A DNA stretch of 64,000 bases, from positions 1,535 to 65,534 of the forward strand of contig JAUNWP010000002.1 in assembly GCA_030540255.1 (NCBI GenBank), given 5' to 3'. Every line of letters begins with the position of its first letter. The first letter of the stretch is position 1. Shown here one piece after another: positions 51,501-61,020 of this stretch. This DNA comes from Eubacteriales bacterium. Lineage in GTDB: Bacteria; Bacillota; Clostridia; Lachnospirales; Lachnospiraceae. A program made the position numbers and the translations under genes. Below the pieces are notes generated by a model. The model searched no databases. It saw only the letters and a program-made list of their open reading frames with translations, and was not told the DNA's origin.

Positions 51501-52444
51501 TCAAGAGTCATTCCGGCCTCGGCAATGATCTCTCCTGTCTCCTTATCAACAACATCCTCTGCAAGGATCTTGCCCTCTATACGGTTCTTGAGGAGGAGCT
51601 TCTTATTGAACTTATATCTGCCGACCTTTGCAAGATCATATCTTCTTGCATCAAAGAACATTGAACGGATCAATGACTCTGCGGAATCAACAGAAAGCGG
51701 CTCGCCCGGTCTGATCTTTTTGTACAGCTCAAGAAGACCATCCTGATAACTCTCGGAAGCATCCTTTGCCATAGTATCTATAAGCTTAGGCTCTTCTCCG
51801 AAAAGATCGATGATTTCTCTGTTTGTTCCTATACCGAGTGCTCTGATGAGTACCGTTACAGGAACCTTACGTGTACGATCGACTCTTACCCAGAAAATGT
51901 TGTTAGAGTCTGTCTCATACTCAAGCCATGCACCTCTGTTAGGGATAACAGTGCACGAGAATAACTCCTTACCCACCTTATCATGATTGATATCATAATA
52001 AATACCCGGGCTTCTTACCAACTGCGAAACAATAACTCTCTCGGCACCGTTTATAACGAACGATCCGGTATCGTTCATCAGCGGAAGATCTCCCATGAAA
52101 ATGTCATGTTCGCTGATCTCATCCTTATCATTATTGATAAGTCTTACCTTAACCTTGAGCGGTGCTGCATAAGTTGCATCTCTCTCCTTGCACTCTTCAA
52201 TGGTATACTTTACTTCATCTCTGCGCAAAGCAAAGTCCATGAATTCCAGGCTGAGATGACCTGCATAGTCGGTGATCGGTGATATATCATCGAACGCCTC
52301 CTTAAGTCCGTCAGTAAGGAACCAGTTGTAAGAATTCTTCTGAATCTCGATCAAGTTCGGCATCTCGAGAACTTCTTTTGCTTCGGAGAAGCTCATTCTC
52401 AAACCCTTGCCGGCTTTGACCACGTGCATCCTGCTTTTATCCAT
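48557..52444 (-). CDS. rpoB: DNA-directed RNA polymerase beta subunit
   Basis: ORF 48557..52477. Preferred start is the ATG at 52444 ([19 protein letters not shown]), with a GAGGTGGAG RBS 7 nt upstream. Conserved beta-subunit blocks throughout and an acidic C-terminal tail. Confidence 0.95.
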   Translation of the reverse strand: MDKSRMHVVKAGKGLRMSFSEAKEVLEMPNLIEIQKNSYNWFLTDGLKEAFDDISPITDYAGHLSLEFMDFALRRDEVKYTIEECKERDATYAAPLKVKVRLINNDKDEISEHDIFMGDLPLMNDTGSFVINGAERVIVSQLVRSPGIYYDINHDKVGKELFSCTVIPNRGAWLEYETDSNNIFWVRVDRTRKVPVTVLIRALGIGTNREIIDLFGEEPKLIDTMAKDASESYQDGLLELYKKIRPGEPLSVDSAESLIRSMFFDARRYDLAKVGRYKFNKKLLLKNRIEGKILAEDVVDKETGEIIAEAGMTLDRETCDRIQNTGCIYVNVRGKVDAENTEGRIVRVLSNRMVDLGAFVSFDPKEADVHELVYYPALKELLSENEGASEDELKAVIRKNLSLLIPKHITREDILVSINYNMHIEEGIGDADDIDHLGNRRIRAVGELLQNQYRIGLSRMERVVRERMSTQDIDDITPTSLVNIKPVTAAVKEFFGSSQLSQFMDQNNPLSELTHKRRLSALGPGGLSRDRAGFEVRDVHYTHYGRMCPIETPEGPNIGLINSLASYARINEYGFIEAPYRVVDKSDPTNPVVTEKIVYLTADEEDNYRVAQANEPLDDEGHFKNKNVSGRFREETTSFNRNSVDLMDVSPKMLLSVATSMIPFLENDDPTRALMGSNMQRQAVPLLKTEASVIGTGIDDKVAKDSGVCVVALHDGTVTHVAANRIEVKPDKGNLDVYKLTKFMRSNQSNCYNQRPIVNVGDKVKAGEIIADGPSTSNGEIALGKNPLIGFMTWEGYNYEDAVLLSERLVQDDVYTSVHIEEYECEARDTKLGPEEITKDVPGVGDDALKNLNDNGIIRIGAEVRAGDILVGKVTPKGETELTPEERLLRAIFGEKAREVRDTSLKVPHGAYGVVVDAKVFTRENSDELSPGVNKSVRIYIAQKRKIGVGDKMAGRHGNKGVVSRVLPVEDMPYLPNGRPLDIVLNPLGVPSRMNIGQVLEFHLSLAARALGFNIATPIFEGANENDIQDCLEMANDYVNGSWEDFEAKYKDVLKPDVMEYLGTHLEHRALWKGVPISRDGKVRLRDGRSGEYFDSPVSVGHMHYLKLHHLVDDKIHARSTGPYSLVTQQPLGGKAQFGGQRFGEMEVWALEAYGAAYTLQEILTMKSDDVVGRVKTYEAIIKGENIPKAGIPESFKVLVKELQSLAMDINVLDENGNVVELKENLDDTDMNLHRLLEGDRRYRDQDKREFSDYGYMTQQFNDQGELEGAEDSELELEDSKADDDFDSEDFSDET

Positions 52445-52666
52445 AGATATTCTCCACCTCATTAATAATTTATACAACTACGTTCTGTAAGCTATTGCAA
52501 ATGTTATGCAATAGTAGTAAAATACTTAAGCATTAAGGCGCACAACGCCATAATAATGCAAATTTTAGGTTAACACATCTGTTGTCAATCGTCAAGTATC
52601 TGCTTGAGTTTTTTTTCATAAGATGTTAAGATATTTTCTAATATACCAGTTAAGGAGTTCTTTTAC

Positions 52667-53125
52667 ATGTACACACTTATAACAGTACTTATTATTGTGC
52701 TTATTATTGCGGCAATCGCATTATTCTTCCTCTATCGTGCCGGAATGAAGATGCAGACAGAACAGGCTCAGAATCAGGTCATGCTTGATAAGTTCGCACA
52801 GGTTGCCACACTCCTCGTTATCGACAAGAAGAAAATGAAGTTCAAAGAGGCACCGTTCCCAAAGGAGGTTTTTGAGACAGCTCCTAGACGTGCCAAGTTC
52901 ATGAAAGTATATGTCGTAAGAGCCAAGGTAGGTCCTAAGGTATTCGACCTTATGTGCGACAGAGATACCTTTGAGGACGTTCCGCTTAAGGCTACAATCA
53001 AAGCAAGAGTAAGCGGCATGTATCTCATGGAGATCCTGCAGGGTGCCGTACCGAGTGAGCGCAACATCAAGAAGCGTAAGAAGGCAAAGGAAAAAGCCGA
53101 GAAGAAGGCAGCAAAGAACAGCTGA
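52667..53125 (+). CDS. hypothetical single-pass membrane protein with a lysine-rich C-terminal tail
   Basis: 152 aa. N-terminal TM helix LITVLIIVLIIAAIALFFLY and C-terminal KKRKKAKEKAEKKAAKN. AAGGAG RBS. A strong terminator follows. Confidence 0.55.
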   Translation: MYTLITVLIIVLIIAAIALFFLYRAGMKMQTEQAQNQVMLDKFAQVATLLVIDKKKMKFKEAPFPKEVFETAPRRAKFMKVYVVRAKVGPKVFDLMCDRDTFEDVPLKATIKARVSGMYLMEILQGAVPSERNIKKRKKAKEKAEKKAAKNS

Positions 53126-53142
53126 TATTTCGACATAGTTTA

Positions 53143-53171
53143 AGACCATCGCAAACGCGATGGTCTTTTTT
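53143..53171 (+). terminator. intrinsic terminator (possibly shared with convergent ddl)
   Basis: Perfect 10-bp stem AGACCATCGC-AAAC-GCGATGGTCT followed by TTTTTT. It abuts the ddl stop codon. Confidence 0.75.
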
Positions 53172-53172
53172 G

Positions 53173-54237
53173 TTAATGTATGCCTCTTTCGAGCGCATTA
53201 TCTATAAGCATCTTAACAAGCTCTTTCTTGGAGATACCTTTGTTCTCCCAGAGCATAGGATACATGGATATAGCAGTGAATCCCGGCATGGTGTTGATCT
53301 CGTTGAATACGATCTCACCGTCGTCCTTGACAAAGAAATCAACTCTGGCAAGTCCGTAGCCGTCAAGTGCATTGAAGATGTTTCTCGCATCATCTCTGAT
53401 GCCCTCGACAGTCTCTTCCTTAAGATCCGGATCTATAACCGTCTTGGAATCAGGATTGTTGTACTTGGCATCATAATCATAGAAATCAGCAGCCGCAAGT
53501 ATCTCTCCGACTCCGCTCGCCTGAACCTTCTTGAAGCCTCCTCCAAATACGCCACACTCTATCTCTCTGCCCTTGATAAATTCCTCTATAAGTATCTTGC
53601 TGTCATACTCGGCAGCCTTCTTAAGCGCATCCTTAAGCTCCGAAGCATCCTTTACCTTTGATACTCCGCATGAAGATCCTGCCTGACTCGGCTTAACAAA
53701 CATAGGATATCCGAGAGCCGCCTCCGCGCGTCTTACAACAGCCTCAATGTCCTTAAGCTCATAGCTTCTGACACCGACAAACTTAGCCTGTCTTACGCCT
53801 ATCGTATCTACTATTATCTTGGTATAGAATTTATCCATGCCTGCCGCAGATGCTATAACACCGCAGCCGACATAAGGAAGCTGCATAAGCTCAAACAGTC
53901 CCTGTATGGTTCCGTCTTCGCCGTACTTGCCATGCAATACAGGGAAAGCACAATCCAGTCTGATTTCTCTTGTTCCCTTATCATCGCTTACGATAACATG
54001 CTTCTTGGTAGCATCCGGGCTTATCTCGGCGCTTGTCTTTGATTCGGTCCAGCTTCCGTTCTTTATTGACTCGATACTGTCAACAAGAAGCCACTTACCC
54101 TCCTTTGTAATGCCTATGAGCACAGGATTCCACTCATCGGTATCGATATTGTCCAAAACGTTGCAAACTGAGATACAGGAAATGTCATGCTCCGATGACT
54201 GTCCTCCGAAGATTACGGCTATATTTTTCTTATTCAT
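53173..54237 (-). CDS. ddl: D-alanine--D-alanine ligase
   Basis: ORF 53173..54258 (TTG start in the track). Preferred start is the ATG at 54237 (MNKKNIAVIFGGQSSEHDIS). ATP-grasp blocks and a C-terminal NEINTMPGFT. Confidence 0.9.
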   Translation of the reverse strand: MNKKNIAVIFGGQSSEHDISCISVCNVLDNIDTDEWNPVLIGITKEGKWLLVDSIESIKNGSWTESKTSAEISPDATKKHVIVSDDKGTREIRLDCAFPVLHGKYGEDGTIQGLFELMQLPYVGCGVIASAAGMDKFYTKIIVDTIGVRQAKFVGVRSYELKDIEAVVRRAEAALGYPMFVKPSQAGSSCGVSKVKDASELKDALKKAAEYDSKILIEEFIKGREIECGVFGGGFKKVQASGVGEILAAADFYDYDAKYNNPDSKTVIDPDLKEETVEGIRDDARNIFNALDGYGLARVDFFVKDDGEIVFNEINTMPGFTAISMYPMLWENKGISKKELVKMLIDNALERGIH

Positions 54238-54295
54238 TGTAATGCCCTTCATTATCAATTTTTTCGTGTATAAGATACCATACTTTATTTAAATT

Positions 54296-54323
54296 AAAAA
54301 CCCCAACGATCACATCGTTGAGG
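54296..54323 (-). terminator. intrinsic terminator between sdaA-like gene and ddl
   Basis: Minus strand reads CCTCAACGAT-GTG-ATCGTTGGGG followed by TTTTT, about 190 nt downstream of the serine dehydratase stop. Confidence 0.6.
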
Positions 54324-54513
54324 TCTAGTATGTAGTAGGATGTAAAAGGAATAAGTGCTAATTAATTTCTTTTGTTGTCTGAAGTATATCATGCCCTCAA
54401 ATAAAGTGTTTGAAGTAAGATTAAATTAATTCTTATGAAATTATTAAGGCACTTAATAATAGCCCGATTTCGCTCATATCCATCGTTTTATCGGCATTTG
54501 AAAAGTATTTTTT

Positions 54514-55737
54514 TTACTGCAGCGAGCGTCTGGCATATGCAGCCGCAAGTCCGCCCTCAGAGGTCTCCCTATACATCTGATTCATATCGATTCCGGTACG
54601 GTACATACTCTTAAGCACCATATCAAAGCTTATACGTCTTGTTGACGACAGGAAGTATGCAAGGTTTGCGGAGGTAATGGCACGCATGGCGGCTACGGCA
54701 TTTCTCTCTATGCAAGGAACCTGTACAAGCCCGCATATAGGATCACAGGTAAGTCCGAGATGATGCTCCAGAGCTATCTCTGCCGCATACTCTATCTGGT
54801 CTATGCTGTAGTTAAAGAACTGTCCCGTTGCAGCCGCAGCCATGGAACAGGCAACTCCTATCTCTGCCTGACAGCCGCATTCGGCACCCGACACGGAAGC
54901 ATTCTTCTTGGCAAGCTCTCCGAAGAGTCCTGCAACACCAAGCGCATGTATTATCTCTATATCATCACGGTTCTTCTTGGTCTGAAGATAATACATAACA
55001 GCCGGAAGGACTCCGCAGGCACCGCAGGTCGGAGCCGTAACTATTATACCGTTATCGGCATTCTGCTCGCTCACGGCATAGGCATAGGAGCAGACCTTCT
55101 GACACTCTATGACCTCCGGATGTTCTGTCTCAAGCTCATGATTGTAGAGGAATTTTGCCTTTCTCTGTATATTGAGTCCGCCGGGGAGTATACCTTCCTT
55201 GTTAAGTCCGTCACGTATGGCCTGTTTCATCACTTCCCATATTTCGGCAAGGAACTCCCATATCTCCTCACCCTCATTGATGGTTATATATTCGATAAGA
55301 TCGATATATCTGAACTCACAGAACTGTTTGATCTCTGCAAATGAATTCTCAAGGTATATCTCCTCACTTGCTCCGGATGAGATCTCGGGACGGCCTTCAA
55401 CCTGTATATCTCCGCCGCCTATACTGTAGACTCTCATTGAAGCAGTCTCGGCACCATCCTTATAAGCTATAAGATCCATGGTGTTCGGATGCTTCATATC
55501 ATCTATTTCTTCCGTTGAAAATACAACCTCGGTCTTGACCGGAGCAAGCTCCGCAATAACCGCTCTGTCTGTGCCGTGACCCTTACCGGTCTTGGATAAG
55601 GAACCGTAGAGTATGATCTTATATTCATCCGCATTCGGATTCTCTCCCTTAAAAAGCTTAGCCGCAGCTACAGGTCCCATGGTATGGGAGCTTGAAGGTC
55701 CTGTTCCGACCTTGTATATATCTCTGATAGATTTCAT
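54514..55737 (-). CDS. iron-sulfur-dependent L-serine dehydratase, single-chain form
   Basis: 407 aa. The N-terminal IRDIYKVGTGPSSSHTMGP matches the SdaA signature. Conserved cysteines in the alpha-like half (APTCGACG). Confidence 0.85.
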   Translation of the reverse strand: MKSIRDIYKVGTGPSSSHTMGPVAAAKLFKGENPNADEYKIILYGSLSKTGKGHGTDRAVIAELAPVKTEVVFSTEEIDDMKHPNTMDLIAYKDGAETASMRVYSIGGGDIQVEGRPEISSGASEEIYLENSFAEIKQFCEFRYIDLIEYITINEGEEIWEFLAEIWEVMKQAIRDGLNKEGILPGGLNIQRKAKFLYNHELETEHPEVIECQKVCSYAYAVSEQNADNGIIVTAPTCGACGVLPAVMYYLQTKKNRDDIEIIHALGVAGLFGELAKKNASVSGAECGCQAEIGVACSMAAAATGQFFNYSIDQIEYAAEIALEHHLGLTCDPICGLVQVPCIERNAVAAMRAITSANLAYFLSSTRRISFDMVLKSMYRTGIDMNQMYRETSEGGLAAAYARRSLQ

Positions 55738-55851
55738 GGCATAACCTCATAAATTATTATATTGATTCGCACAGTCCTTTTTGCTTAAGTCCTTCACCTT
55801 TTTCACTATCCCAAGTACGGAAGGCTTAACGTTTGTGACCACACGTATCAC

Positions 55852-55860
55852 ATTATATCA
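55852..55860 (-). promoter_or_regulatory. candidate extended -10 promoter of the serine dehydratase gene
   Basis: Minus strand reads TGATATAAT about 110 nt upstream of the ATG. No good -35 element. Confidence 0.4.
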
Positions 55861-55896
55861 GCACAGACGAGATAAAAGCTATCATTAAATTAATGA

Positions 55897-55947
55897 CGTC
55901 TTCGCGTCAGCAAGCTGCCGCTTCTACGACTGCACTCCGGCTTTAAT
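55897..55947. repeat. 51-bp direct repeat, copy 1
   Basis: CGTCTTCGCGTCAGCAAGCTGCCGCTTCTACGACTGCACTCCGGCTTTAAT. It is 49/51 identical to 56063..56113. Confidence 0.9.
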
Positions 55948-56062
55948 ACTCTTATCGATTAAATACGGATTGCTTCGTACTGCGTACTCTCGCAATCCTA
56001 CGAAAATTCGCACCCGCTTCTACCGAAGCTTTGTGCTCATTTTCGTTTTGCCGTCCTATAGT

Positions 56063-56113
56063 CGTCTTTGCGTCAGCAAGCTGCCGCTTCTACGACTGCA
56101 GTCCGGCTTTAAT
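56063..56113. repeat. 51-bp direct repeat, copy 2
   Basis: CGTCTTTGCGTCAGCAAGCTGCCGCTTCTACGACTGCAGTCCGGCTTTAAT. Each copy contains the hairpin GCG-x-CAGC-AA-GCTG-x-CGC. Confidence 0.9.
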
Positions 56114-56117
56114 CGAT

Positions 56118-56151
56118 AAAAAAATCGGAGGCAGTTTACCTGACCCCCGAT
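56118..56151 (-). terminator. intrinsic terminator of yajC
   Basis: On the minus strand, ATCGGGGG...CCTCCGAT forms a stem (one G-U pair) followed by TTTTTTT, 30 nt after the yajC stop. Confidence 0.65.
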
Positions 56152-56180
56152 TCTCTTGAATTTTATTCCGTCTGAAGGAA

Positions 56181-56492
56181 TCAGCCTTCCTTCTTAGCTT
56201 CCTCGCTTACCTCGCCCTTTGCAAGTGCATCAGCCTTCTCAACGCTTGCGATAGCAGCCTTAAGCATAGGAATACGGCAGTTCTTGCCGCCGAACTCGAT
56301 GATTACCATATCATTGGTAATGTCGATGATCTGTCCGTACATGCCTGATGTTGTAAGTACATAATCACCTACAGAAAGGCCTGACATAAGAGCCTCTCTC
56401 TTTTTCTTCTCCTTCTTCTGTGACATAGGTCCGAAGAACCAGATGATTGCAACAAATACTACAACATAGATAATTAAAAATGTGTTGTTCAT
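56181..56492 (-). CDS. yajC: preprotein translocase subunit YajC
   Basis: 103 aa. One N-terminal TM helix, then the conserved block GD.V.T.SG..G.I. Located between tgt and the terminator. Confidence 0.85.
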   Translation of the reverse strand: MNNTFLIIYVVVFVAIIWFFGPMSQKKEKKKREALMSGLSVGDYVLTTSGMYGQIIDITNDMVIIEFGGKNCRIPMLKAAIASVEKADALAKGEVSEEAKKEG

Positions 56493-56523
56493 GCTTATCC
56501 TCCAAATAAAAGCTTTGTACCGC

Positions 56524-57660
56524 TTATCGTTTGTCCTCGGCCAAAGCCTCGTTCATGCGGCGTCTGTAATCATCAAAGCTGCCTTCTCTTATGGCAGTTC
56601 TGATGTCCTCCATCATTTTATTGTAAAAATACAAATTGTGCAATGTGCATAATCTGAGTCCAAGCATCTCTCCGGCTTTCAAAAGATGTCTGATATATGC
56701 TCTTGAGTAATTTCTGCAGGCAGGACAGTCGCAGCCTTCCTCTATAGGTGACATATCAGCCTCATACTTTTTGTTGAAGAGATTGAGCTTGCCGTAATGC
56801 GTATACACATGTCCGTGTCTTCCGTTGCGGCTTGGATATACACAGTCAAAGAAATCGACTCCTCTGGCAACACCCTCGATAATATTGAGCGGTGTACCGA
56901 CTCCCATAAGGTAAGTAGGTTTCTTACGCGGAAGATGCGGCACAGTCTCATCAAGTATGTAATACATCTCCTCATGGGTCTCGCCTACGGCAAGTCCCCC
57001 TACAGCATATCCGTCAAGATCAAGCTCGGATATCTCATCTGCGTTGTCCTTACGCACATCGGCAAGTATTCCGCCCTGGTTGATACCAAACAGGAGCTGA
57101 TCCTTGTTGACCGTGTCCTCCAGAGTATTGAGTCTTGCCATCTCCGTCTTGCAGCGCTTAAGCCATCTGACGGTACGTGCAACACTTTGCTCGATGTACT
57201 TACGTTCCGCAAGTGCCGGCGGGCACTCATCAAATGCCATGGCAATGGTAGATCCGAGATTGGACTGTATCTGCATGCTCTCCTCAGGTCCCATAAAGAT
57301 CTTGCTTCCGTCTATATGAGATCTGAAGTTAACTCCCTCTTCCTTGATCTTGCGTATGGATGCAAGCGAGAACACCTGGAATCCTCCGCTGTCCGTAAGT
57401 ATCGGTCTGTCCCAGTTCATAAACTTATGAAGACCGCCCAGCTGCTTGATCAGCTTATCTCCGGTCCTTACATGCAGATGATAGGTATTGGACAGCTCAA
57501 CCTGGCAGCCTATTTCCTTAAGATCGCAAGTCGATACGGCACCCTTGATGGCACCTACCGTGCCGACATTCATAAAGACCGGTGTCTCTATGCTGCCGTG
57601 CACGGTCTCGATATGTGCCGATTTGGCTCTGCCCTGTTCGGCAACTATTTCATATTTCAT
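56524..57660 (-). CDS. tgt: tRNA-guanine transglycosylase
   Basis: 378 aa. TPVFMNVGT, LTDSGGFQVFSL and the zinc site CDCPACRNYSRAYIRHL. Confidence 0.95.
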   Translation of the reverse strand: MKYEIVAEQGRAKSAHIETVHGSIETPVFMNVGTVGAIKGAVSTCDLKEIGCQVELSNTYHLHVRTGDKLIKQLGGLHKFMNWDRPILTDSGGFQVFSLASIRKIKEEGVNFRSHIDGSKIFMGPEESMQIQSNLGSTIAMAFDECPPALAERKYIEQSVARTVRWLKRCKTEMARLNTLEDTVNKDQLLFGINQGGILADVRKDNADEISELDLDGYAVGGLAVGETHEEMYYILDETVPHLPRKKPTYLMGVGTPLNIIEGVARGVDFFDCVYPSRNGRHGHVYTHYGKLNLFNKKYEADMSPIEEGCDCPACRNYSRAYIRHLLKAGEMLGLRLCTLHNLYFYNKMMEDIRTAIREGSFDDYRRRMNEALAEDKR

Positions 57661-57662
57661 AA

Positions 57663-59870
57663 TTACTTACGTTTCTTGGAAGCTTCCTGCTCCGCAAGCT
57701 TATTTGCCTTTGCAGCCTTGCTTCTTGCATTAAGGAAATTCCAAAGCGGTCCTGTGATAAATACCGAAGAATATCCTCCGCAGACGATACCGATCATGAT
57801 CGGAAGAGCAAACTCTCTGATTGATGAGGTACCGAAGAGGAAGAGGCAAAGTACCATAACAAAGGTAGTTGTTGATGTAAATATCGTTCTTGAAAGTGTC
57901 TCCGATATAGACTTATTAACGATATATGCCGTATCTGCTCCGTAGCCTGCTTCCTTGCGATTACGACGTATTCTGTCGAAGATGACGATAGTCGCATTTA
58001 TCGAATATCCGACAATGGTAAGTATGCAGGCGATAAAGGTAGTACCTACAGACCACTTGAATACCGCATAGCATGTTATGGTAACCATTACGTCATGCAA
58101 AAGCGCAAGCACCGAAGATGACGCGAAATTGATATTCTTAAATCTGAACCAGATGTAGATGAGCATGAATACCGCAGCAAGTGCAATAGCTATAACGGCA
58201 TCCTTCTTCATCTCTACCGATACGCTTCCTGAGATGTTTTCTGCTGTGATAAGCTCCTTATCAACTCCGAACTTATCTGCAAGAGCATCATTAAGCTTCT
58301 CACGTCCGTCCGCATCAAGCGAAAGTGTTCTGATAAGTACTTCGTTTGTTCCGGCAACCTTTGAGATCTGCGGATTGGCGTCTCCGGTTGCCTCTGTTAC
58401 TACAGGTGCAACATTTTCGGAAAGATAGTCAATATCAAGATCCTCGTTGAAGGTAACATTGGAAGATGTACCTCCCTTGAAATCAAGTCCGTAATTAAAC
58501 ATATCTCCTGTGTTAGCCTTGTTGAGACCCATAGCTCCGAGTCCGCAAACTATAACAAGTATTGATATAGCATAGAAGATCTTGCTCTTGCCGACAAAAT
58601 CGAAAGGCTTCTCTACAGGCTTCTTAACTCCGAAGAATGCAGGCTTGTTGCAGCCGAGCCAATAGAAAGCATTGATGAGCCATCTTGTAACAAAGAGGGC
58701 TGTGATCATCGACAATACGATACCGAGTGCAAGTGTCTGAGCAAAGCCCTTAACAGTACCTGTACCCTTGAGATAGATAACAACAGCAGCGATAAGTGTT
58801 GTTACGTTACCATCGACGATAGCAGAAAGCGCCTTGTGGAATCCTGACTGAATAGCCTCCTCGACACTCTTCTTGTTGCCAAGCTCCTCCTTGATGCTGG
58901 TGAAGATGATAACATTGGCATCTACAGCCATACCTACCGACAGGATGATACCTGCAATACCCGGAAGGGTAAGTGTTATCTCAAATGCATCAAGCAGTAT
59001 TACTATAATACCTACATAGAAGCTGAGTGCTACAGATGCAGCCAGACCTGCCATTCTGTATACGATGAGCATGATCGCAACGACAAAAATGAAGCCGATG
59101 GCACCTGCCTTAAGAGACAGATCTATAGCCTGCTGTCCGAGTCTTGCACCTACTACGTTTGAACGTATCTCCTTAAGCTCAAGCTTAAGAGCGCCGAGAC
59201 GGATGGTCTGCGCAAGGTTATATGCCTCATCCTGAGTGAAGTTGCCGGTGATCGAACACTGTCCGCCTGTGATAGCCTCATTTACTACCGGTGCAGATAC
59301 GATATTATTATCATAGATGATAGCGATCTGCTTGCCTACGTTAGCCTTGGTAGCCTCTGCGAACTTCTTGGTTCCCTCATCTGTGAAGCTTACTCCTACC
59401 TCATAGGAATCAGCTGCACCGTTGGTACCCTTTACCATTGATACTCCGGCACTCTTGATATCCGAACCCTCACATACGGTCTCACCGATATTGCCGGTAA
59501 GCTTACCGTCGGCGTCATACTCCATGGTCGTGAAGATGAGTGATCCCGGCTTACCGAGTTCTTCAAGGATAGCATTTGCATCAGATACACCCGGAATATC
59601 AACGTTGATCCTGTTCGAACCCTCCTGATATACGGATGACTCGTTTGAGTAACCCTCTACTCTCTTCTGGATCTTGTAGATAGTATCTGCCATATCTACG
59701 GAAGAAGGATTCTCCTCCTCTGCCTCGTAGGTTATGCTGACACCACCGTCAAGATCAAGTCCGAGCTTGATGTCGTCGGCATTCTTTGCAGCACCGAATA
59801 ACGCCAATGCCGTAAGAACCACGATGCCGATGACCCAGAGGATCGACTTAAGCTTGCTTTGTTCTTTCAT
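57663..59870 (-). CDS. secDF: fused protein translocase subunits SecD/SecF
   Basis: 735 aa. Periplasmic-type head domain followed by 12 predicted TM helices, with SecD then SecF blocks. Confidence 0.9.
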   Translation of the reverse strand: MKEQSKLKSILWVIGIVVLTALALFGAAKNADDIKLGLDLDGGVSITYEAEEENPSSVDMADTIYKIQKRVEGYSNESSVYQEGSNRINVDIPGVSDANAILEELGKPGSLIFTTMEYDADGKLTGNIGETVCEGSDIKSAGVSMVKGTNGAADSYEVGVSFTDEGTKKFAEATKANVGKQIAIIYDNNIVSAPVVNEAITGGQCSITGNFTQDEAYNLAQTIRLGALKLELKEIRSNVVGARLGQQAIDLSLKAGAIGFIFVVAIMLIVYRMAGLAASVALSFYVGIIVILLDAFEITLTLPGIAGIILSVGMAVDANVIIFTSIKEELGNKKSVEEAIQSGFHKALSAIVDGNVTTLIAAVVIYLKGTGTVKGFAQTLALGIVLSMITALFVTRWLINAFYWLGCNKPAFFGVKKPVEKPFDFVGKSKIFYAISILVIVCGLGAMGLNKANTGDMFNYGLDFKGGTSSNVTFNEDLDIDYLSENVAPVVTEATGDANPQISKVAGTNEVLIRTLSLDADGREKLNDALADKFGVDKELITAENISGSVSVEMKKDAVIAIALAAVFMLIYIWFRFKNINFASSSVLALLHDVMVTITCYAVFKWSVGTTFIACILTIVGYSINATIVIFDRIRRNRKEAGYGADTAYIVNKSISETLSRTIFTSTTTFVMVLCLFLFGTSSIREFALPIMIGIVCGGYSSVFITGPLWNFLNARSKAAKANKLAEQEASKKRK

Positions 59871-60063
59871 TTAACATTACCTGCCTTACTTTTTCTCTAC
59901 TTTCAGCATTCGCTGATAAAACTAAAATATCATAGCATATAAGGCCTTTTTTTTCAATGAAGAATACGCTTCAAGGCTTTGTACACAGCATCTCCATTAA
60001 AACTTCACTATTGCGTCACATTTTCTGCCTACCATCAAGAAAAAACAAATGAGAGGTGTTTTT

Positions 60064-61020
60064 ATGATCAAAATAGAGCATTTGACCAAATGCTACGGCA
60101 GCTTCAAGGCTGTTGACGATCTGTCCTTTGAGATAGACGACGGTCATGTATACGGCTTTCTCGGTCCCAACGGAGCCGGTAAATCCACTACCATGAATAT
60201 CATAACCGGCTGTCTTTCCGCCACAGAAGGAAGCGTCAGCATAGACGGTCACGATATTTTCGAAGAACCGGAAACCGCAAAAAAGCTTATAGGTTATCTT
60301 CCGGAGATCCCTCCGCTCTACGTCAGTGAGACTCCTGAAGAATATCTTCGTTTTGTAGCCGAAGCCAAAGGACTTAAGGGTGACAAGCTTAAGGCCGGCA
60401 TAGAGGATGTTATTGAAAAGACCGGTCTTACACCTATGCGCGGCAGACTTATTTCTTCATTATCAAAGGGATACAGACAGAGAGTAGGTATAGCCCAGGC
60501 TCTGCTCGGAGATCCCAAGCTCATAATCCTGGATGAGCCGACCGTAGGTCTCGATCCCTTACAGATAATCGAGATACGAGAGCTTATCCGTAAACTTGGT
60601 GAAACTCACACCGTCATCTTCAGCTCTCACATACTGTCCGAAGTACAGGCCATCTGCGATAAGGTGCTTATACTGTCGCACGGTAAGCTTGTTGCGTATA
60701 ACACAACAGCCGGACTTGAGGATGTTATGACGGCTTCCGGAAGCATAAGCTTTAAGGTTCGTGCCACAAAGGCCGAGGCCGACGAACTGCTTAAGGGCAA
60801 TGAACATATCCTAAGCTATAACATTGAGGACGGTTCAGACGGAATCACTGTAAATGCACAGACCGATAAACAGGAGCTTAACGATATCTGCTGTGAGCTT
60901 GTCTTAAGCTTTGCCGAAAAAAAGCTTCCTATATACGAGATCAGTTCTCACAAGGCAGATCTTGAAGAAATATTCCTGGAGCTTACAAACTCCGAAGAAA
61001 GTGAGGTCAAAGAAGCATGA
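60064..61020 (+). CDS. ABC transporter ATP-binding protein (GldA-like)
   Basis: ORF 60049..61020. Preferred start is the ATG at 60064 (MIKIEHLTK), with a GAGAGGTG RBS. Walker A GPNGAGKST, signature LSKGYRQR and Walker B LIILDEP. Confidence 0.9.
   Translation: MIKIEHLTKCYGSFKAVDDLSFEIDDGHVYGFLGPNGAGKSTTMNIITGCLSATEGSVSIDGHDIFEEPETAKKLIGYLPEIPPLYVSETPEEYLRFVAEAKGLKGDKLKAGIEDVIEKTGLTPMRGRLISSLSKGYRQRVGIAQALLGDPKLIILDEPTVGLDPLQIIEIRELIRKLGETHTVIFSSHILSEVQAICDKVLILSHGKLVAYNTTAGLEDVMTASGSISFKVRATKAEADELLKGNEHILSYNIEDGSDGITVNAQTDKQELNDICCELVLSFAEKKLPIYEISSHKADLEEIFLELTNSEESEVKEA

Noticed and set aside
56797-57945. 382-aa plus-strand ORF antisense to tgt and the end of secDF
   Set aside because: It spans two strongly supported minus-strand genes and their junction. 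It has no recognisable motifs or RBS, and its composition is typical of a shadow frame of codon-biased genes.
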